Part shown: one piece after another, positions 1-9,455 of the stretch
Layout of the letters: every line of letters starts with the position of its first letter
How positions within the stretch are numbered: the first letter of the stretch is position 1
From: Gemmatimonadota bacterium
Lineage (GTDB): Bacteria > Gemmatimonadota > Gemmatimonadetes > Gemmatimonadales > Gemmatimonadaceae
Length of the DNA stretch: 16,238 bases
NCBI GenBank assembly: GCA_040389905.1
Contig: JAZJZK010000057.1
Span: 1 to 16,238, forward strand
Direction of reading: 5' to 3'
Position numbers and translations under genes: made by a program
Notes under the pieces: model-generated
Database searches by the model: none
Seen by the model: only the letters and a program-made list of their open reading frames with translations
Told to the model about the DNA's origin: nothing

Positions 1-7
1 TAAGCTC

Positions 8-37
8 TTGACACACAAGAGTTAACGCGGATAAGTT
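8..37 (+). promoter_or_regulatory. Putative sigma70-type promoter of the HU/IHF gene
   Basis: Perfect -35 TTGACA at 8-13, 18-nt spacer, -10-like TAAGTT at 32-37. GAGG (72-75) precedes the ATG at 84. Confidence 0.6.
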
Positions 38-83
38 CGATCAGCTTGCACCCCCTCCGCTGCCCGCTCTTGAGGCACTGCTC

Positions 84-428
84 ATGACGAAAGCCGATCT
101 GGTCGAGCGAGTAACCGCCCAGATTTCTCGCACTGCCGGTCCGATGATTTCGAAGAAGGACTGCGCGCGTGTGGTCGATTCGTTCCTCGACGCCATCAAA
201 GAGGCGCTTCAGGAGCAGAAGAACATCGAAGTGCGTGGATTCGGGACGTTCAAGATTCGCCACCGCAAGACGCGGATGGCGCGAAACCCCCGAACCGGCT
301 CGCCCGTCGAGGTGTCTGCGCGCCCCGTACCCGTCTTCAAGCCGAGTAAGGAACTGCGCGCGATGGTCGCCAACATCTCAATAGAGGAGTTGGAGAACGA
401 AGATCAATACGAAGAGTCGGACGCGTAA
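84..428 (+). CDS. HU/IHF family DNA-binding protein (IHF-beta-like) with acidic C-terminal tail
   Basis: MTKADLV start, IEVRGFGTF, ARNPRTG arm and PVFKPSKELR motifs of the bacterial histone-like family. HU versus IHF-beta cannot be settled by eye. Confidence 0.93.
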   Translation: MTKADLVERVTAQISRTAGPMISKKDCARVVDSFLDAIKEALQEQKNIEVRGFGTFKIRHRKTRMARNPRTGSPVEVSARPVPVFKPSKELRAMVANISIEELENEDQYEESDA

Positions 429-449
429 CCACTTTCACGCTCGGCACTT

Positions 450-481
450 GGCCCCGGTACGCGCCGGGGTTTTGTATTTTT
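450..481 (+). terminator. Rho-independent terminator after the HU/IHF gene
   Basis: Stem GGCCCCGGT (450-458)/GCCGGGGTT (463-471) with three G-U pairs and a 4-nt loop, followed by TTGTATTTTT. It starts about 20 nt after the stop codon. Confidence 0.8.
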
Positions 482-522
482 CGGAACTTTCGCGCGCGGT
501 CCGGCTACAGTACCATGCATCC

Positions 523-765
523 ATGAGCGTCACCGTCCTGCTGTTCGCCTCCTATGCCGACGCCCTCGGCACCTCCAGTCTCTCCATAGACCTACCGGAG
601 CAGGCAACCGTGGCGGACGTGCTGGCGTCAATACACGGACTGCCCGGCGCCGCCCGACTCCCAGCCACTCCCCTCGTGGCGGTCAACCAGAAGTACGCCA
701 AGGGCAGCACGCGCGTGCGCGCGGGCGACGAAGTGGCGCTCATCCCACCGGTGGCGGGCGGATGA
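523..765 (+). CDS. moaD: Molybdopterin synthase sulfur carrier subunit (MoaD/ThiS family), 80 aa
   Basis: ATG 523 gives MSVTVLLFASYADALG...VAVNQKY...GDEVALIPPVAGG with the C-terminal Gly-Gly. ATGA overlap with moaE. The ORF-track start at 448 runs through the terminator and is unlikely. Confidence 0.93.
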   Translation: MSVTVLLFASYADALGTSSLSIDLPEQATVADVLASIHGLPGAARLPATPLVAVNQKYAKGSTRVRAGDEVALIPPVAGG

Positions 766-1208
766 GCATCGGCGGACGGCTGGTGCATGAGCCAATCGAT
801 GTCCCTGCGTTGATTCGCGAGGTGACCAATCCATCCCATGGAGCCATCGTGCTCTTCCTCGGCGTCGTGCGCGATGTCAACGACGGCCGCGGGGTCACCG
901 GCATCGAGTACTCTGCCTATGAGGGCATGGCGGCGGCCGAGCTTGAACGCATCGCCGCCGAGGCGGCGTCGCGTTTCGAGTCTGACTCGGTCGCGGTCGT
1001 TCACCGGCTGGGGCAGCTATCGCTCGAGGAAGCCAGCGTCGGCATCGCGGTCGCTCACGCGCACCGCGATGAAGCCTACGCCTTGTCACGCTGGGTGATC
1101 GAGGAGTTGAAGCGCCGAGTGCCGATCTGGAAGCGTGAGCACTATGTCGATGGGACGCGCGAGTGGGTGGACCCAACCGCAACGCGAGCCGTGGAGGCGC
1201 ACTCGTGA
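762..1208 (+). CDS. moaE: Molybdopterin synthase catalytic subunit
   Basis: GAIVLFLGVVR, YSAYEGMA, HRLGQL, AHRDEAY and LKRRVPIWKRE motifs; lies between moaD and moaA. Confidence 0.95.
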   Translation: MSIGGRLVHEPIDVPALIREVTNPSHGAIVLFLGVVRDVNDGRGVTGIEYSAYEGMAAAELERIAAEAASRFESDSVAVVHRLGQLSLEEASVGIAVAHAHRDEAYALSRWVIEELKRRVPIWKREHYVDGTREWVDPTATRAVEAHS

Positions 1209-2188
1209 GCGCGCTTCGGGATCAGTTCGGCCGGTCGATCGAGTATCTCCGCATTTCGGTCACCGACAAGTGCAACTTTCGCTGCCGCTACTGCATGCCG
1301 CTCGAGGGGTTGCCCTGGTTGCCGAAGTCGGAAATCCTGACCTACGAGGAAATCCGAGAGGTCGTGTCGCAACTGGCGCCACTGGGGCTGCGCCGCATTC
1401 GCATCACCGGCGGCGAGCCGACCATTCGGCCGCAGCTCGACACACTCATTCGCTTCATCCGGGAAGTTCCTGGGGTCGAGGACATTGCGCTGTCCACGAA
1501 TGGCGTGAAGCTCCCGGAAATGGCGGCGCGCCTTGCCGGCGCTGGGCTGGACCGCGTGAACATTTCGGCCGACAGCCTTCGCCAAGATCGAATCGTATCA
1601 ATTGCCCGCCGCGATCTGGGCTTCGAGCCGGTCGCGTCGGCCAAGGCGGCGCAGGCCGCTGGCCTGGGTCCGATCAAACTCAATGTCGTCGTCATGCGGG
1701 GCGTGAACGACGATGAAGTTGCCGATTTCGCGCGGCTGACGATCGAGAATCCGTGGCACGTCCGTTTTATCGAGCTCATGCCGGTCGGCTCGCTGGAGGC
1801 GTTGACCGACGACCACGTCGTGCCAAGCGACGAAGTGCTGGCGCGCATTCAGGACGCGCTGGGACCCCTGACGAGCTCGGCGGGCCCTGCGCGCGGCAAT
1901 GGACCGGCGGCGTACTTTCAGCTTGAAGGCGCGGCTGGCACCGTCGGCGTGATTACACCGATGACGCACACATACTGCGGCAGCTGCAACCGCGTGCGCC
2001 TCACCGCGGACGGGCGACTACGCACCTGTTTGTTCGGCGACCATGAGGTCGACCTTCGCGGTCCATTGCGCGCGGGCGAAGCACTCGAGCCGTACTTTCG
2101 GCAGGCACTCGCAGACAAACCGCAGGAGCACGCGCTCCTCTCACGACGGAACGGCGGACTCCGCGCGCTGTCGCAGGTCGGAGGGTAG
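1205..2188 (+). CDS. moaA: GTP 3',8-cyclase (radical SAM), 327 aa
   Basis: [24 protein letters not shown] (CxxxCxxC), ITGGEP, C-terminal cluster [20 protein letters not shown] and terminal GG. Start placed at GTG 1205 (GTGA overlap with the moaE stop; GGAGG at 1193-1197). Confidence 0.96.
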   Translation: MSALRDQFGRSIEYLRISVTDKCNFRCRYCMPLEGLPWLPKSEILTYEEIREVVSQLAPLGLRRIRITGGEPTIRPQLDTLIRFIREVPGVEDIALSTNGVKLPEMAARLAGAGLDRVNISADSLRQDRIVSIARRDLGFEPVASAKAAQAAGLGPIKLNVVVMRGVNDDEVADFARLTIENPWHVRFIELMPVGSLEALTDDHVVPSDEVLARIQDALGPLTSSAGPARGNGPAAYFQLEGAAGTVGVITPMTHTYCGSCNRVRLTADGRLRTCLFGDHEVDLRGPLRAGEALEPYFRQALADKPQEHALLSRRNGGLRALSQVGG

Positions 2189-2250
2189 CGTCACCCTGTC
2201 AGCGCGATAGTTTTGTCTGTGGCTGCACTCACCCCAGACATATCGCTCTC

Positions 2251-3180
2251 ATGGTCAATAAAATCACGGTTGTCGGCGCTGGTAACGTAGGCGCGACGAC
2301 CGCTCAGCGCGTTGCCGAGAAGGAGCTGGCGCGCACGGTCGTCATGGTCGACGTTGCAGAGGGAATTCCGCAGGGCAAGGGTCTCGACCAGTGGCAGAGC
2401 GCGCCGATCGAGCTCTACGACACACGCATCGTCGGCACCAACGGTTACGAAGAAACAACGGACTCGGACATCGTCATCATCACCGCCGGCATCGCTCGCA
2501 AGCCGGGCATGTCGCGCGATGATCTTCTGAACACGAATGCCGGCATCGTCAAGTCGGTGTCCGAGCAGATTGCCAAGACGTCGCCGAACGCGATCCTCAT
2601 TGTCGTCAGCAACCCGCTCGACGTGATGTGCTACGTCGCGATGAAGGCCAGCGGCTTCCCGCGTGAGCGCGTCATCGGAATGGCTGGCGTGCTTGACACG
2701 GCTCGCTACCGCGGCTTCCTCGCCGAGTCGCTCGACGTGTCCGTGCGCGACATTCAGGCGATGGTGCTGGGTGGGCACGGCGACACGATGGTACCGCTGA
2801 TCTCCTACACGAGCGTCAGCGGCATCCCCATCACGCAGTTGATGGACAAGGCGACGCTCGATGCGATCGTGACACGGACGCGGAATGGTGGCGCCGAGAT
2901 CGTGAAGCACCTCAAGACGGGTTCGGCGTACTATGCGCCTTCGGCTGGTGCGGTTCAGATGGCCGAAGCGATCGTGAACGACCAGCGCCGCATTTTGCCG
3001 TGCGCCGCGTGGCTGCAGGGCGAGTACGGCATGAGCGACCTGTTCCTCGGCGTGCCGTGCAAGCTGGGCAAGGGTGGGCTGCTCAAGGTGATCGAGGTCG
3101 AGCTCACGGCGGATGAAAAGGCCGCGCTGGCCAGCAGTGCGGATGCCGTTCGGGAGCCGATGTCGTTGATCAAGTTCTAG
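2251..3180 (+). CDS. mdh: Malate dehydrogenase (LDH-like type)
   Basis: GAGNVG Rossmann motif, [15 protein letters not shown] substrate loop (Arg indicates MDH specificity), NPLD, LDTAR and GGHGD; directly upstream of sdhCAB. Confidence 0.96.
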   Translation: MVNKITVVGAGNVGATTAQRVAEKELARTVVMVDVAEGIPQGKGLDQWQSAPIELYDTRIVGTNGYEETTDSDIVIITAGIARKPGMSRDDLLNTNAGIVKSVSEQIAKTSPNAILIVVSNPLDVMCYVAMKASGFPRERVIGMAGVLDTARYRGFLAESLDVSVRDIQAMVLGGHGDTMVPLISYTSVSGIPITQLMDKATLDAIVTRTRNGGAEIVKHLKTGSAYYAPSAGAVQMAEAIVNDQRRILPCAAWLQGEYGMSDLFLGVPCKLGKGGLLKVIEVELTADEKAALASSADAVREPMSLIKF

Positions 3181-3184
3181 TAGC

Positions 3185-3304
3185 TGTCATCCCGCACGAG
3201 CAACGCGAGTGTCGGGATCTACTTTCACCGCACCGTGGCCCGCTTCGGCGATCGGACGGTAGATCCCGACACTCGTTCGCTTCGCTCACTCATGCGGGAT
3301 GACA
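3185..3304. repeat. 120-bp palindromic REP-like/miniature inverted-repeat element between mdh and sdhC
   Basis: Outer IR TGTCATCCCGCA (3185-3196)/TGCGGGATGACA (3293-3304). Inner perfect 17-bp IR CGAGTGTCGGGATCTAC (3206-3222)/GTAGATCCCGACACTCG (3259-3275). Central CGC-TTCG-GCG hairpin (3241-3250). Confidence 0.85.
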
Positions 3305-3326
3305 TTCTTCCGCGCCCAGGAAAGTA

Positions 3327-4010
3327 ATGTGGTTGTTGACGCTGTACCGTTCGACGATCGGCAAGAAGGTGATCATGGCGGTCACCGGCCTCATGATGGT
3401 CGGCTTCGTGATCGCCCACATGATCGGCAATCTTCAGATCTTCATCGGCCCATCGAGGATCAACGCGTATTCCGCGTTCCTGAAGAGCACCGGCGAGTTG
3501 CTCTGGGTTGCGCGGTTGGGACTGTTGACGGCGCTCGCGCTGCACGTCCTCATGGCGGTACAGCTCACGCGCGTGACGTGGGCCGCGCGGCCAGTCGGAT
3601 ACGCCAAACGTGATCCCCAGGTGAGCACCGTCGCATCGCGATCGATGCGGTGGGGCGGGGTGGTGCTCCTGGCCTTCATCGTCTTCCACATCCTGCATTT
3701 CACCACCGGCAACGTCTTCCCCATGGCGAGTAGCCCCGACGTCATGCGGCCCGGTTTCAGCCATACCGACGTTTACGGAAACGTGATCTCGGCGTTCCGC
3801 GTTCCGTGGGTGGTCGCCGCGTACGTCGTTGCCATGCTGTTTCTCCTGCTGCACCTCTTTCACGGCGCCTGGAGCTCGGTGCGCACGCTGGGGCTGACGA
3901 AGCCCTCGCCGCATCCGCGGGAGCGTCGCATCGCTACGGTCATCGCGCTCGTCGTGTGGCTCGGTTTCACCGCGGTGCCGGTTGCCGTGTTCCTTGGCGT
4001 GGTTCGTTAG
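3327..4010 (+). CDS. sdhC: Succinate dehydrogenase/fumarate reductase cytochrome b subunit (single large membrane anchor)
   Basis: STIGKKVIMAVTGL start, five hydrophobic segments, and four His-containing helices (IAHMIGNL, ALHVLMA, VFHILHF, LLHLFHG); abuts sdhA. Confidence 0.93.
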   Translation: MWLLTLYRSTIGKKVIMAVTGLMMVGFVIAHMIGNLQIFIGPSRINAYSAFLKSTGELLWVARLGLLTALALHVLMAVQLTRVTWAARPVGYAKRDPQVSTVASRSMRWGGVVLLAFIVFHILHFTTGNVFPMASSPDVMRPGFSHTDVYGNVISAFRVPWVVAAYVVAMLFLLLHLFHGAWSSVRTLGLTKPSPHPRERRIATVIALVVWLGFTAVPVAVFLGVVR

Positions 4011-5933
4011 ATGACCGTCGATCTCAAGTCGCGCGTCCCCGGCGGACCGCTCGCCGAGAAGTGGGACAAGCACAAATTCGATATCAAGCTGGTCAACCCG
4101 GCCAACAAGCGGAAATATTCGGTCATCGTCGTGGGGTCAGGACTCGCCGGTGCATCGGCGGCGGCGACCTTCAGCGAACTCGGATACAACGTCAGCTGCT
4201 ACTGCTACCAGGACTCGCCGCGGCGGGCGCATTCGATCGCCGCGCAAGGCGGCATCAACGCGGCGAAGAACTATCAGAACGACGGGGACAGCATCCAGCG
4301 GCTGTTCTACGACACGATCAAGGGCGGCGATTTCCGCGCGCGAGAAGCGAACGTGTTTCGTCTCGCGCAGATCAGCGTGAACATCATCGACCAGTGCGTG
4401 GCGCAGGGCGTTCCGTTCGCTCGTGAATACGGCGGGTTACTCGCCAACCGTTCGTTCGGCGGCGCGCAGGTGTCGCGGACGTTCTATGCGCGTGGCCAGA
4501 CCGGACAACAGTTGTTGCTCGGCGCGTATCAGGCGCTCGAGAAGGAGATCGCGAAGGGCGGGGTGAAGATGTACCCCCGCGCCGAGATGCTCGATCTCAT
4601 CGTGGTGAATGGGCGGGCGCGCGGGATTGTCGTACGCGATGAAGTGACCGGGACCGTCGAGCCGCATCTCGCGGATGCCGTCGTGCTCGCGACAGGCGGT
4701 TACGGCAACGTGTTCTATCTGTCGACCAACGCGAAAGGATGCAACACGACCGCTATTTGGCGCTCGTACAAGCGAGGCGCCGCGTTCGCGAACCCATGTT
4801 ACACCCAGATTCATCCGACCTGCATTCCCGTCGCCGGCGACTATCAGTCGAAGCTGACCCTGATGTCGGAGTCGTTGCGGAACGATGGGCGCGTCTGGGT
4901 GCCGAAGCGACGAGAGGACGTTGGCAAGGCGCCGGGTGACATTCCGGAGGACGAGCGCGACTACTATCTAGAGCGAAAGTATCCAAGCTTCGGAAACCTG
5001 TCGCCGCGCGACATCGCGTCGCGCGCGGCGAAGGAGGCCTGCGATGACGGACGCGGTGTCGGACCCGGCGCGCGCGGCGTGTACCTCGATTTCGCCGACG
5101 CCATCAAGCGACTCGGTGAGGACAAGATCCGCGAGCGATACGGCAATCTGTTCGAGATGTACGAGCGCATCACGGACGAGAATCCCTACAAGGTGCCGAT
5201 GCGCATCTATCCCGCCGTGCACTACACGATGGGTGGGCTCTGGGTGGATTACAACTTGATGAGCACGATTCCCGGGTTGCACGTCGCGGGCGAGGCAAAC
5301 TTTTCCGACCATGGTGCGAACCGCCTTGGCGCGAGTGCGTTGATGCAGGGTCTCGCCGATGGCTACTTCGTGTTGCCGTACACCATCGGGGACTACCTCG
5401 CGTCGAACAAGCTGGAGCCGGTGACCAGGGAGACGCCCGAGGTGAAAGCCGCCGTCGCCGATGTGAAGACGCGCACCGATCGCTTGCTCGGCGTGAAGGG
5501 CAAGCGCACCGTCGCGTCATTTCATCGCGAGCTCGGCAAGATCATGTGGGAGTATTGCGGCATGGCGCGCGACGCAGCCGGCCTGACGAAGGCGATCGAG
5601 CTGATTCCCGCCCTTCGCGAAGAGTTCTGGCGCGACGTGAGTGTTCCCGGGAGCGGCGCCGAGCTGAATCAGACGCTCGAACACGCGGGCCGAGTCGCGG
5701 ATTTCCTCGAGCTCGGTGAGCTCATGTGTCGCGATGCATTGCATCGCGAGGAGTCGTGTGGCGGGCATTTCCGCACCGAGTATCAAACGTCCGATGGCGA
5801 AGCGCTCCGCAACGACGAGACGTTCGCATACGTGGCGGCGTGGGAGTATGCGGGCGAGGGAACCACACCAGTACTCAACAAGGAGCCGCTCGTCTTCGAG
5901 AACATCAAGCTCTCGCAGCGGAGCTACAAGTGA
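4011..5933 (+). CDS. sdhA: Succinate dehydrogenase/fumarate reductase flavoprotein subunit
   Basis: [11 protein letters not shown] motif, [16 protein letters not shown] (FAD-His region), [25 protein letters not shown] and [10 protein letters not shown]. Confidence 0.96.
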   Translation: MTVDLKSRVPGGPLAEKWDKHKFDIKLVNPANKRKYSVIVVGSGLAGASAAATFSELGYNVSCYCYQDSPRRAHSIAAQGGINAAKNYQNDGDSIQRLFYDTIKGGDFRAREANVFRLAQISVNIIDQCVAQGVPFAREYGGLLANRSFGGAQVSRTFYARGQTGQQLLLGAYQALEKEIAKGGVKMYPRAEMLDLIVVNGRARGIVVRDEVTGTVEPHLADAVVLATGGYGNVFYLSTNAKGCNTTAIWRSYKRGAAFANPCYTQIHPTCIPVAGDYQSKLTLMSESLRNDGRVWVPKRREDVGKAPGDIPEDERDYYLERKYPSFGNLSPRDIASRAAKEACDDGRGVGPGARGVYLDFADAIKRLGEDKIRERYGNLFEMYERITDENPYKVPMRIYPAVHYTMGGLWVDYNLMSTIPGLHVAGEANFSDHGANRLGASALMQGLADGYFVLPYTIGDYLASNKLEPVTRETPEVKAAVADVKTRTDRLLGVKGKRTVASFHRELGKIMWEYCGMARDAAGLTKAIELIPALREEFWRDVSVPGSGAELNQTLEHAGRVADFLELGELMCRDALHREESCGGHFRTEYQTSDGEALRNDETFAYVAAWEYAGEGTTPVLNKEPLVFENIKLSQRSYK

Positions 5934-6703
5934 ACCTTACGCTCAAGGTGTGGCGCCAGTCGGGTCCGAACAGTGCGGGCACGCTCACGGAGTACGCCGC
6001 GACCGACGTCAGTCCGGAGATGTCTTTTCTGGAGATGCTCGATGTCGTGAATGAACGGCTGATCGAGCAGGGAGAGGTGCCGATCGCGTTCGATCACGAT
6101 TGTCGCGAAGGAATTTGCGGATCGTGCGGCATGATGATCAACGGCGTCGCGCACGGGCCGATGAAGGCGACGGCGACGTGCCAGCTCCACATGCGCAGCT
6201 TCACGGATGGCGACACCGTCGTGATCGAGCCGTGGCGCGCGCGCGCGTTTCCGGTGATCAAGGATCTCGTCGTCGACCGCGGTGCGCTCGATCGCATCAT
6301 CCAGGCGGGCGGCTACATCTCGGTGTCCACCGGTGGGGCGAAGGACGGGAACACGATTCCCATTCCGAAAACGGATGCGGATTCGTCGATGGACGCCGCG
6401 GCGTGCATCGGTTGCGGGGCGTGTGTCGCGGCGTGTCCCAATGCGTCGGCGTCATTGTTTACCGGCGCCAAGATCTCGCATCTCGGACTCCTGCCGCAGG
6501 GGCAACCGGAGCGTTACCGGCGCGCGCTCAGGATGGTGGCGCAGATGGATCTCGAGAGCTTCGGGGGGTGCACGTTGTTCGGAGAGTGCCAGGAGGCGTG
6601 CCCGAAGGAGATCAGCATCGACGTGATCTCGCGGATGAACCGCGACTACATGTTTGCGGCGGTGTCGGCGGTCGACGAGCCGGTCGGAGGAGCGGACGGA
6701 TGA
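5930..6703 (+). CDS. sdhB: Succinate dehydrogenase/fumarate reductase iron-sulfur subunit, 257 aa
   Basis: GTG 5930 (GTGA overlap with the sdhA stop) gives [10 protein letters not shown]. Cluster motifs: CREGICGSC [2Fe-2S], [12 protein letters not shown] and [12 protein letters not shown]. Confidence 0.95.
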   Translation: MNLTLKVWRQSGPNSAGTLTEYAATDVSPEMSFLEMLDVVNERLIEQGEVPIAFDHDCREGICGSCGMMINGVAHGPMKATATCQLHMRSFTDGDTVVIEPWRARAFPVIKDLVVDRGALDRIIQAGGYISVSTGGAKDGNTIPIPKTDADSSMDAAACIGCGACVAACPNASASLFTGAKISHLGLLPQGQPERYRRALRMVAQMDLESFGGCTLFGECQEACPKEISIDVISRMNRDYMFAAVSAVDEPVGGADG

Positions 6704-6860
6704 TGTACGGGTCTAACGCGGTTCTGCCGGGCAGCGCGCCCTTGCGTTCATCGGTATCGGCGGCGTAAGATGGCGACATCGCTGATGTGAGCCCTTCAGC
6801 ACCGTTGCCTTTGCACGAAGCAATCGCAATTTCTCGCCGCCGGACACTGCAAATCCCATC

Positions 6861-9455
6861 ATGAGAGTGCGCAGTGCTTCTGCACTGGCGGTCGTGCTGT
6901 GTATGGGTGCCGGCGTCCGTGCGCATCCGCAGGGCATTACGATCCGCAACGGGAACACGATGCGCGCCGTCGTTGTCGCGGGTGACCGGATCGCAATCCC
7001 CATCACGGTTGATTTCAGCGGCTACACGAGCGTGGGCGTCACCGGACTCACGACGGGAGTCACTTGGGATCCCGCTCGACTGGGTTTTGATTCGGCAAAA
7101 GCTGGCGGGTTGTACATCTCGGTCAACGGTACGGCGGCAGCGACGGGATCGCTCTCGATCTCGATGAATTCCGCATACTTCACGGAGACCTCCATACTCG
7201 CGACGGTCTACTTCACCGCGAAGAGCAGTGGTGGAGGAACGCGAGTGTCGCTCTCGCCGACCGTCGCGTTCGACAAGAACTACAAGAATATCCTTCCCGA
7301 CGCGCGAGTGCAGTCGCTCGATGTTTGCGTGGGAAAGCGCACGCTTTGGGGCGATGCGAACGCTGACCACGCCATTACGATCGTTGACGCGCAGCAGATT
7401 GCGCGCTTCAGCGTGGGTCTTGCTGTTTTGGACTCCATTGCCGTCGCCGATCAGGGCGACGTCACGGCAGATGGATACGTCAGCATCATCGATGCGCAGC
7501 AGATCGCCCGGTACAGCGTGTCGCTGAGTGCGGCTCAACGTGTGAACACGCCCGGCGTGGTCACACCACTAGTGACCCGCGTCGAGCTCGATCGCACATC
7601 GCTCGTCATAGGCGTGAATGCATTCAGCCAGCTGTTGGTCACGCCGAGAGGCCAAGGGGGCGTCGCGCTGTACGGTTGCCATCCCGTTGCGTGGAACTCG
7701 AGCGTCGCGAGTGTGGCACGAGTCGACTCGACTGGGCGAGTGTCAGGTACAGTCACCGGCTCTACCACTGTGTCCGCGACCGTTGAAGGCGTAGTGGCTG
7801 GCTCGGCCGTCGCGGTTTCGGAAATGCCGGCACCGATCACGCTGGTTTCCGGCGGCGATCAGGTTCAAGCTTCCAATGTGCGATTCATCGAACCGATCGT
7901 TGTATCGGTGAAGGACGCGCAAAATCGCGCGGTGCAGGGAGCCCGCGTCATTTTCGCCGTGACGGGGGGCGGCGGCAAGCTTCCGACATTCAACCCGGAT
8001 GTCGCAACAACGGACGTAAACGGAAACGCGTCCGTGGTCTGGCAGCCAGGTTTCGAGACTACGCATACCCTCGCGGCAACGGTCAGCGGCTTGCCCGATC
8101 TTGCCATCTCGGCTCGAACAGCGCGCGACGCCGGCGTATTCAACTGCGCGCTGTCAGCCGCGGAAGCGGCGTACTGCTGGGGCCCGTTGCGGACGGGGGC
8201 CTTGTACGTGCCGACACCCGTTGGGGGCGGCATGACCTTCCGTTCGCTCGCCGCCGGCGCAGGTGGGCACAGGTGCGCGCCAAGTCCAGTTGGTCACGCA
8301 TACTGCTGGGGGGCAAATGACTACGGACAACTCGGCGACGGAACGACGATCGACCGCGACACGCCGGTTGCGGTCGTCGGTGGGCACACGTTCGTACAGC
8401 TGAGTGTCTCTGCCAACGCTACCTGCGGGCTCTCATCGAGCGGAGCTCTGTCCTGCTGGGGCAGCGAGGGCTACGGTCTGTTCGGCGATGGCAAGCGCGG
8501 CGGCATTCGCTCCACGGCCACCGCGGTCAACACCGGAGACGTGTCATTCGTTTCGATGTCGATCAGTAGTGCGACATACTGCGGGCTCTCGACGACACAA
8601 CGGGTTTACTGCTGGGGTCACGGCGAATACGGCCAGGTGGGAGATGGCGCACTTCTGAATCGTGCCACCCCGACGCCGATTGCGGGATCGCGATCATACA
8701 TCGCGGTATCGACGGGCGCCGTTTCCAGTTGCGCGCTCGACGTGACGGGCAAGGCCTTCTGCTGGGGTGCGAACCTCATCACGTTCGAAGGCACGTCGAC
8801 GGGAAGGTTCGATGCGCCACTCGCGCTTCCCGGGGACCTGACCTTTGCGTCTATCGCGTCTGGAAATGACGGGAACGGTTGCGCACTGACGCTGGAGGGA
8901 CGGGCGTATTGTTGGGGGTTGGCTGGGGGAGGTTCGGTTGGCGACGGAACGCGGGAATCACGTCGCGCGCCTACGCGCGTTCTCGGTGACCTGACATTCA
9001 CCTCGCTCTCCATCGGCGACGGAACCACCTGCGCGAGAGCGACCAGTGGACACCCGTACTGCTGGGGTAACAGCCTCGAGGGACAGGTGGGAGACGGATC
9101 AGGGGCAACTCGATCAGTGCCGACGGCAGTGAACTGGATGGAAGGGCAGGTCGGTGTCCCCGTTTCGGTGACGGCGGCGGGCACCAGCAACTGGGGCTAC
9201 GCTGGCAAGGCCATTGGCGAGCCACCCTCAGTGACCATTCGCGACTATACGGGTGCGCCTGTGAGTGGAGTGACCGTGGTTTTCGCGGCCATCGCCGGGA
9301 GCGGGACTGTGACGGGCGGCACCGCTGTTTCCAATGCGAAGGGAATCGCGACTGCGGGTGGCTGGGTCCTTGGCCTGCCGGGCGAGAACAAAGTCATTGT
9401 TACCGCGCCCTCGCTACCGGGATTCGTGCTCTCCGCGCACGCGTATTCGCCGTGA
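6861..9455 (+). CDS. Secreted modular protein 1: signal peptide, cohesin-like, dockerin, Big_2-like Ig, Big_1-like Ig, 7 RCC1/BLIP-II-like repeats, C-terminal Ig-like domain (864 aa)
   Basis: Hydrophobic N-terminus. Cohesin-like pattern GDRIAIPITVD..VTWDPARLGFDS..GSLSIS..LATVYFTAK (~6960-7325). Dockerin WGDANADHAITIVDAQQIARF..GDVTADGYVSIIDAQQIARY (~7347-7526). WNSSVASVARVDSTGRVSG (Big_2). Seven C-x(n)-CWG repeats (~8140-9135). Confidence 0.85.
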   Translation: MRVRSASALAVVLCMGAGVRAHPQGITIRNGNTMRAVVVAGDRIAIPITVDFSGYTSVGVTGLTTGVTWDPARLGFDSAKAGGLYISVNGTAAATGSLSISMNSAYFTETSILATVYFTAKSSGGGTRVSLSPTVAFDKNYKNILPDARVQSLDVCVGKRTLWGDANADHAITIVDAQQIARFSVGLAVLDSIAVADQGDVTADGYVSIIDAQQIARYSVSLSAAQRVNTPGVVTPLVTRVELDRTSLVIGVNAFSQLLVTPRGQGGVALYGCHPVAWNSSVASVARVDSTGRVSGTVTGSTTVSATVEGVVAGSAVAVSEMPAPITLVSGGDQVQASNVRFIEPIVVSVKDAQNRAVQGARVIFAVTGGGGKLPTFNPDVATTDVNGNASVVWQPGFETTHTLAATVSGLPDLAISARTARDAGVFNCALSAAEAAYCWGPLRTGALYVPTPVGGGMTFRSLAAGAGGHRCAPSPVGHAYCWGANDYGQLGDGTTIDRDTPVAVVGGHTFVQLSVSANATCGLSSSGALSCWGSEGYGLFGDGKRGGIRSTATAVNTGDVSFVSMSISSATYCGLSTTQRVYCWGHGEYGQVGDGALLNRATPTPIAGSRSYIAVSTGAVSSCALDVTGKAFCWGANLITFEGTSTGRFDAPLALPGDLTFASIASGNDGNGCALTLEGRAYCWGLAGGGSVGDGTRESRRAPTRVLGDLTFTSLSIGDGTTCARATSGHPYCWGNSLEGQVGDGSGATRSVPTAVNWMEGQVGVPVSVTAAGTSNWGYAGKAIGEPPSVTIRDYTGAPVSGVTVVFAAIAGSGTVTGGTAVSNAKGIATAGGWVLGLPGENKVIVTAPSLPGFVLSAHAYSP

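Noticed and set aside
3185..3304. tRNA, CRISPR repeat or intrinsic terminator
   Set aside because: No tRNA D/T-loop consensus, no repeated units with spacers, and no U-tract after the stem.
6771..6832. Promoter for the array (TGGC at 6771 as sigma54 -24; TTGCCT-N16-CAATTT at 6805-6832; similar TTGCCG-N16-CATTGT at 12751-12778)
   Set aside because: No GC at the sigma54 -12 position, and the sigma70-like matches are too weak to support without TSS data.
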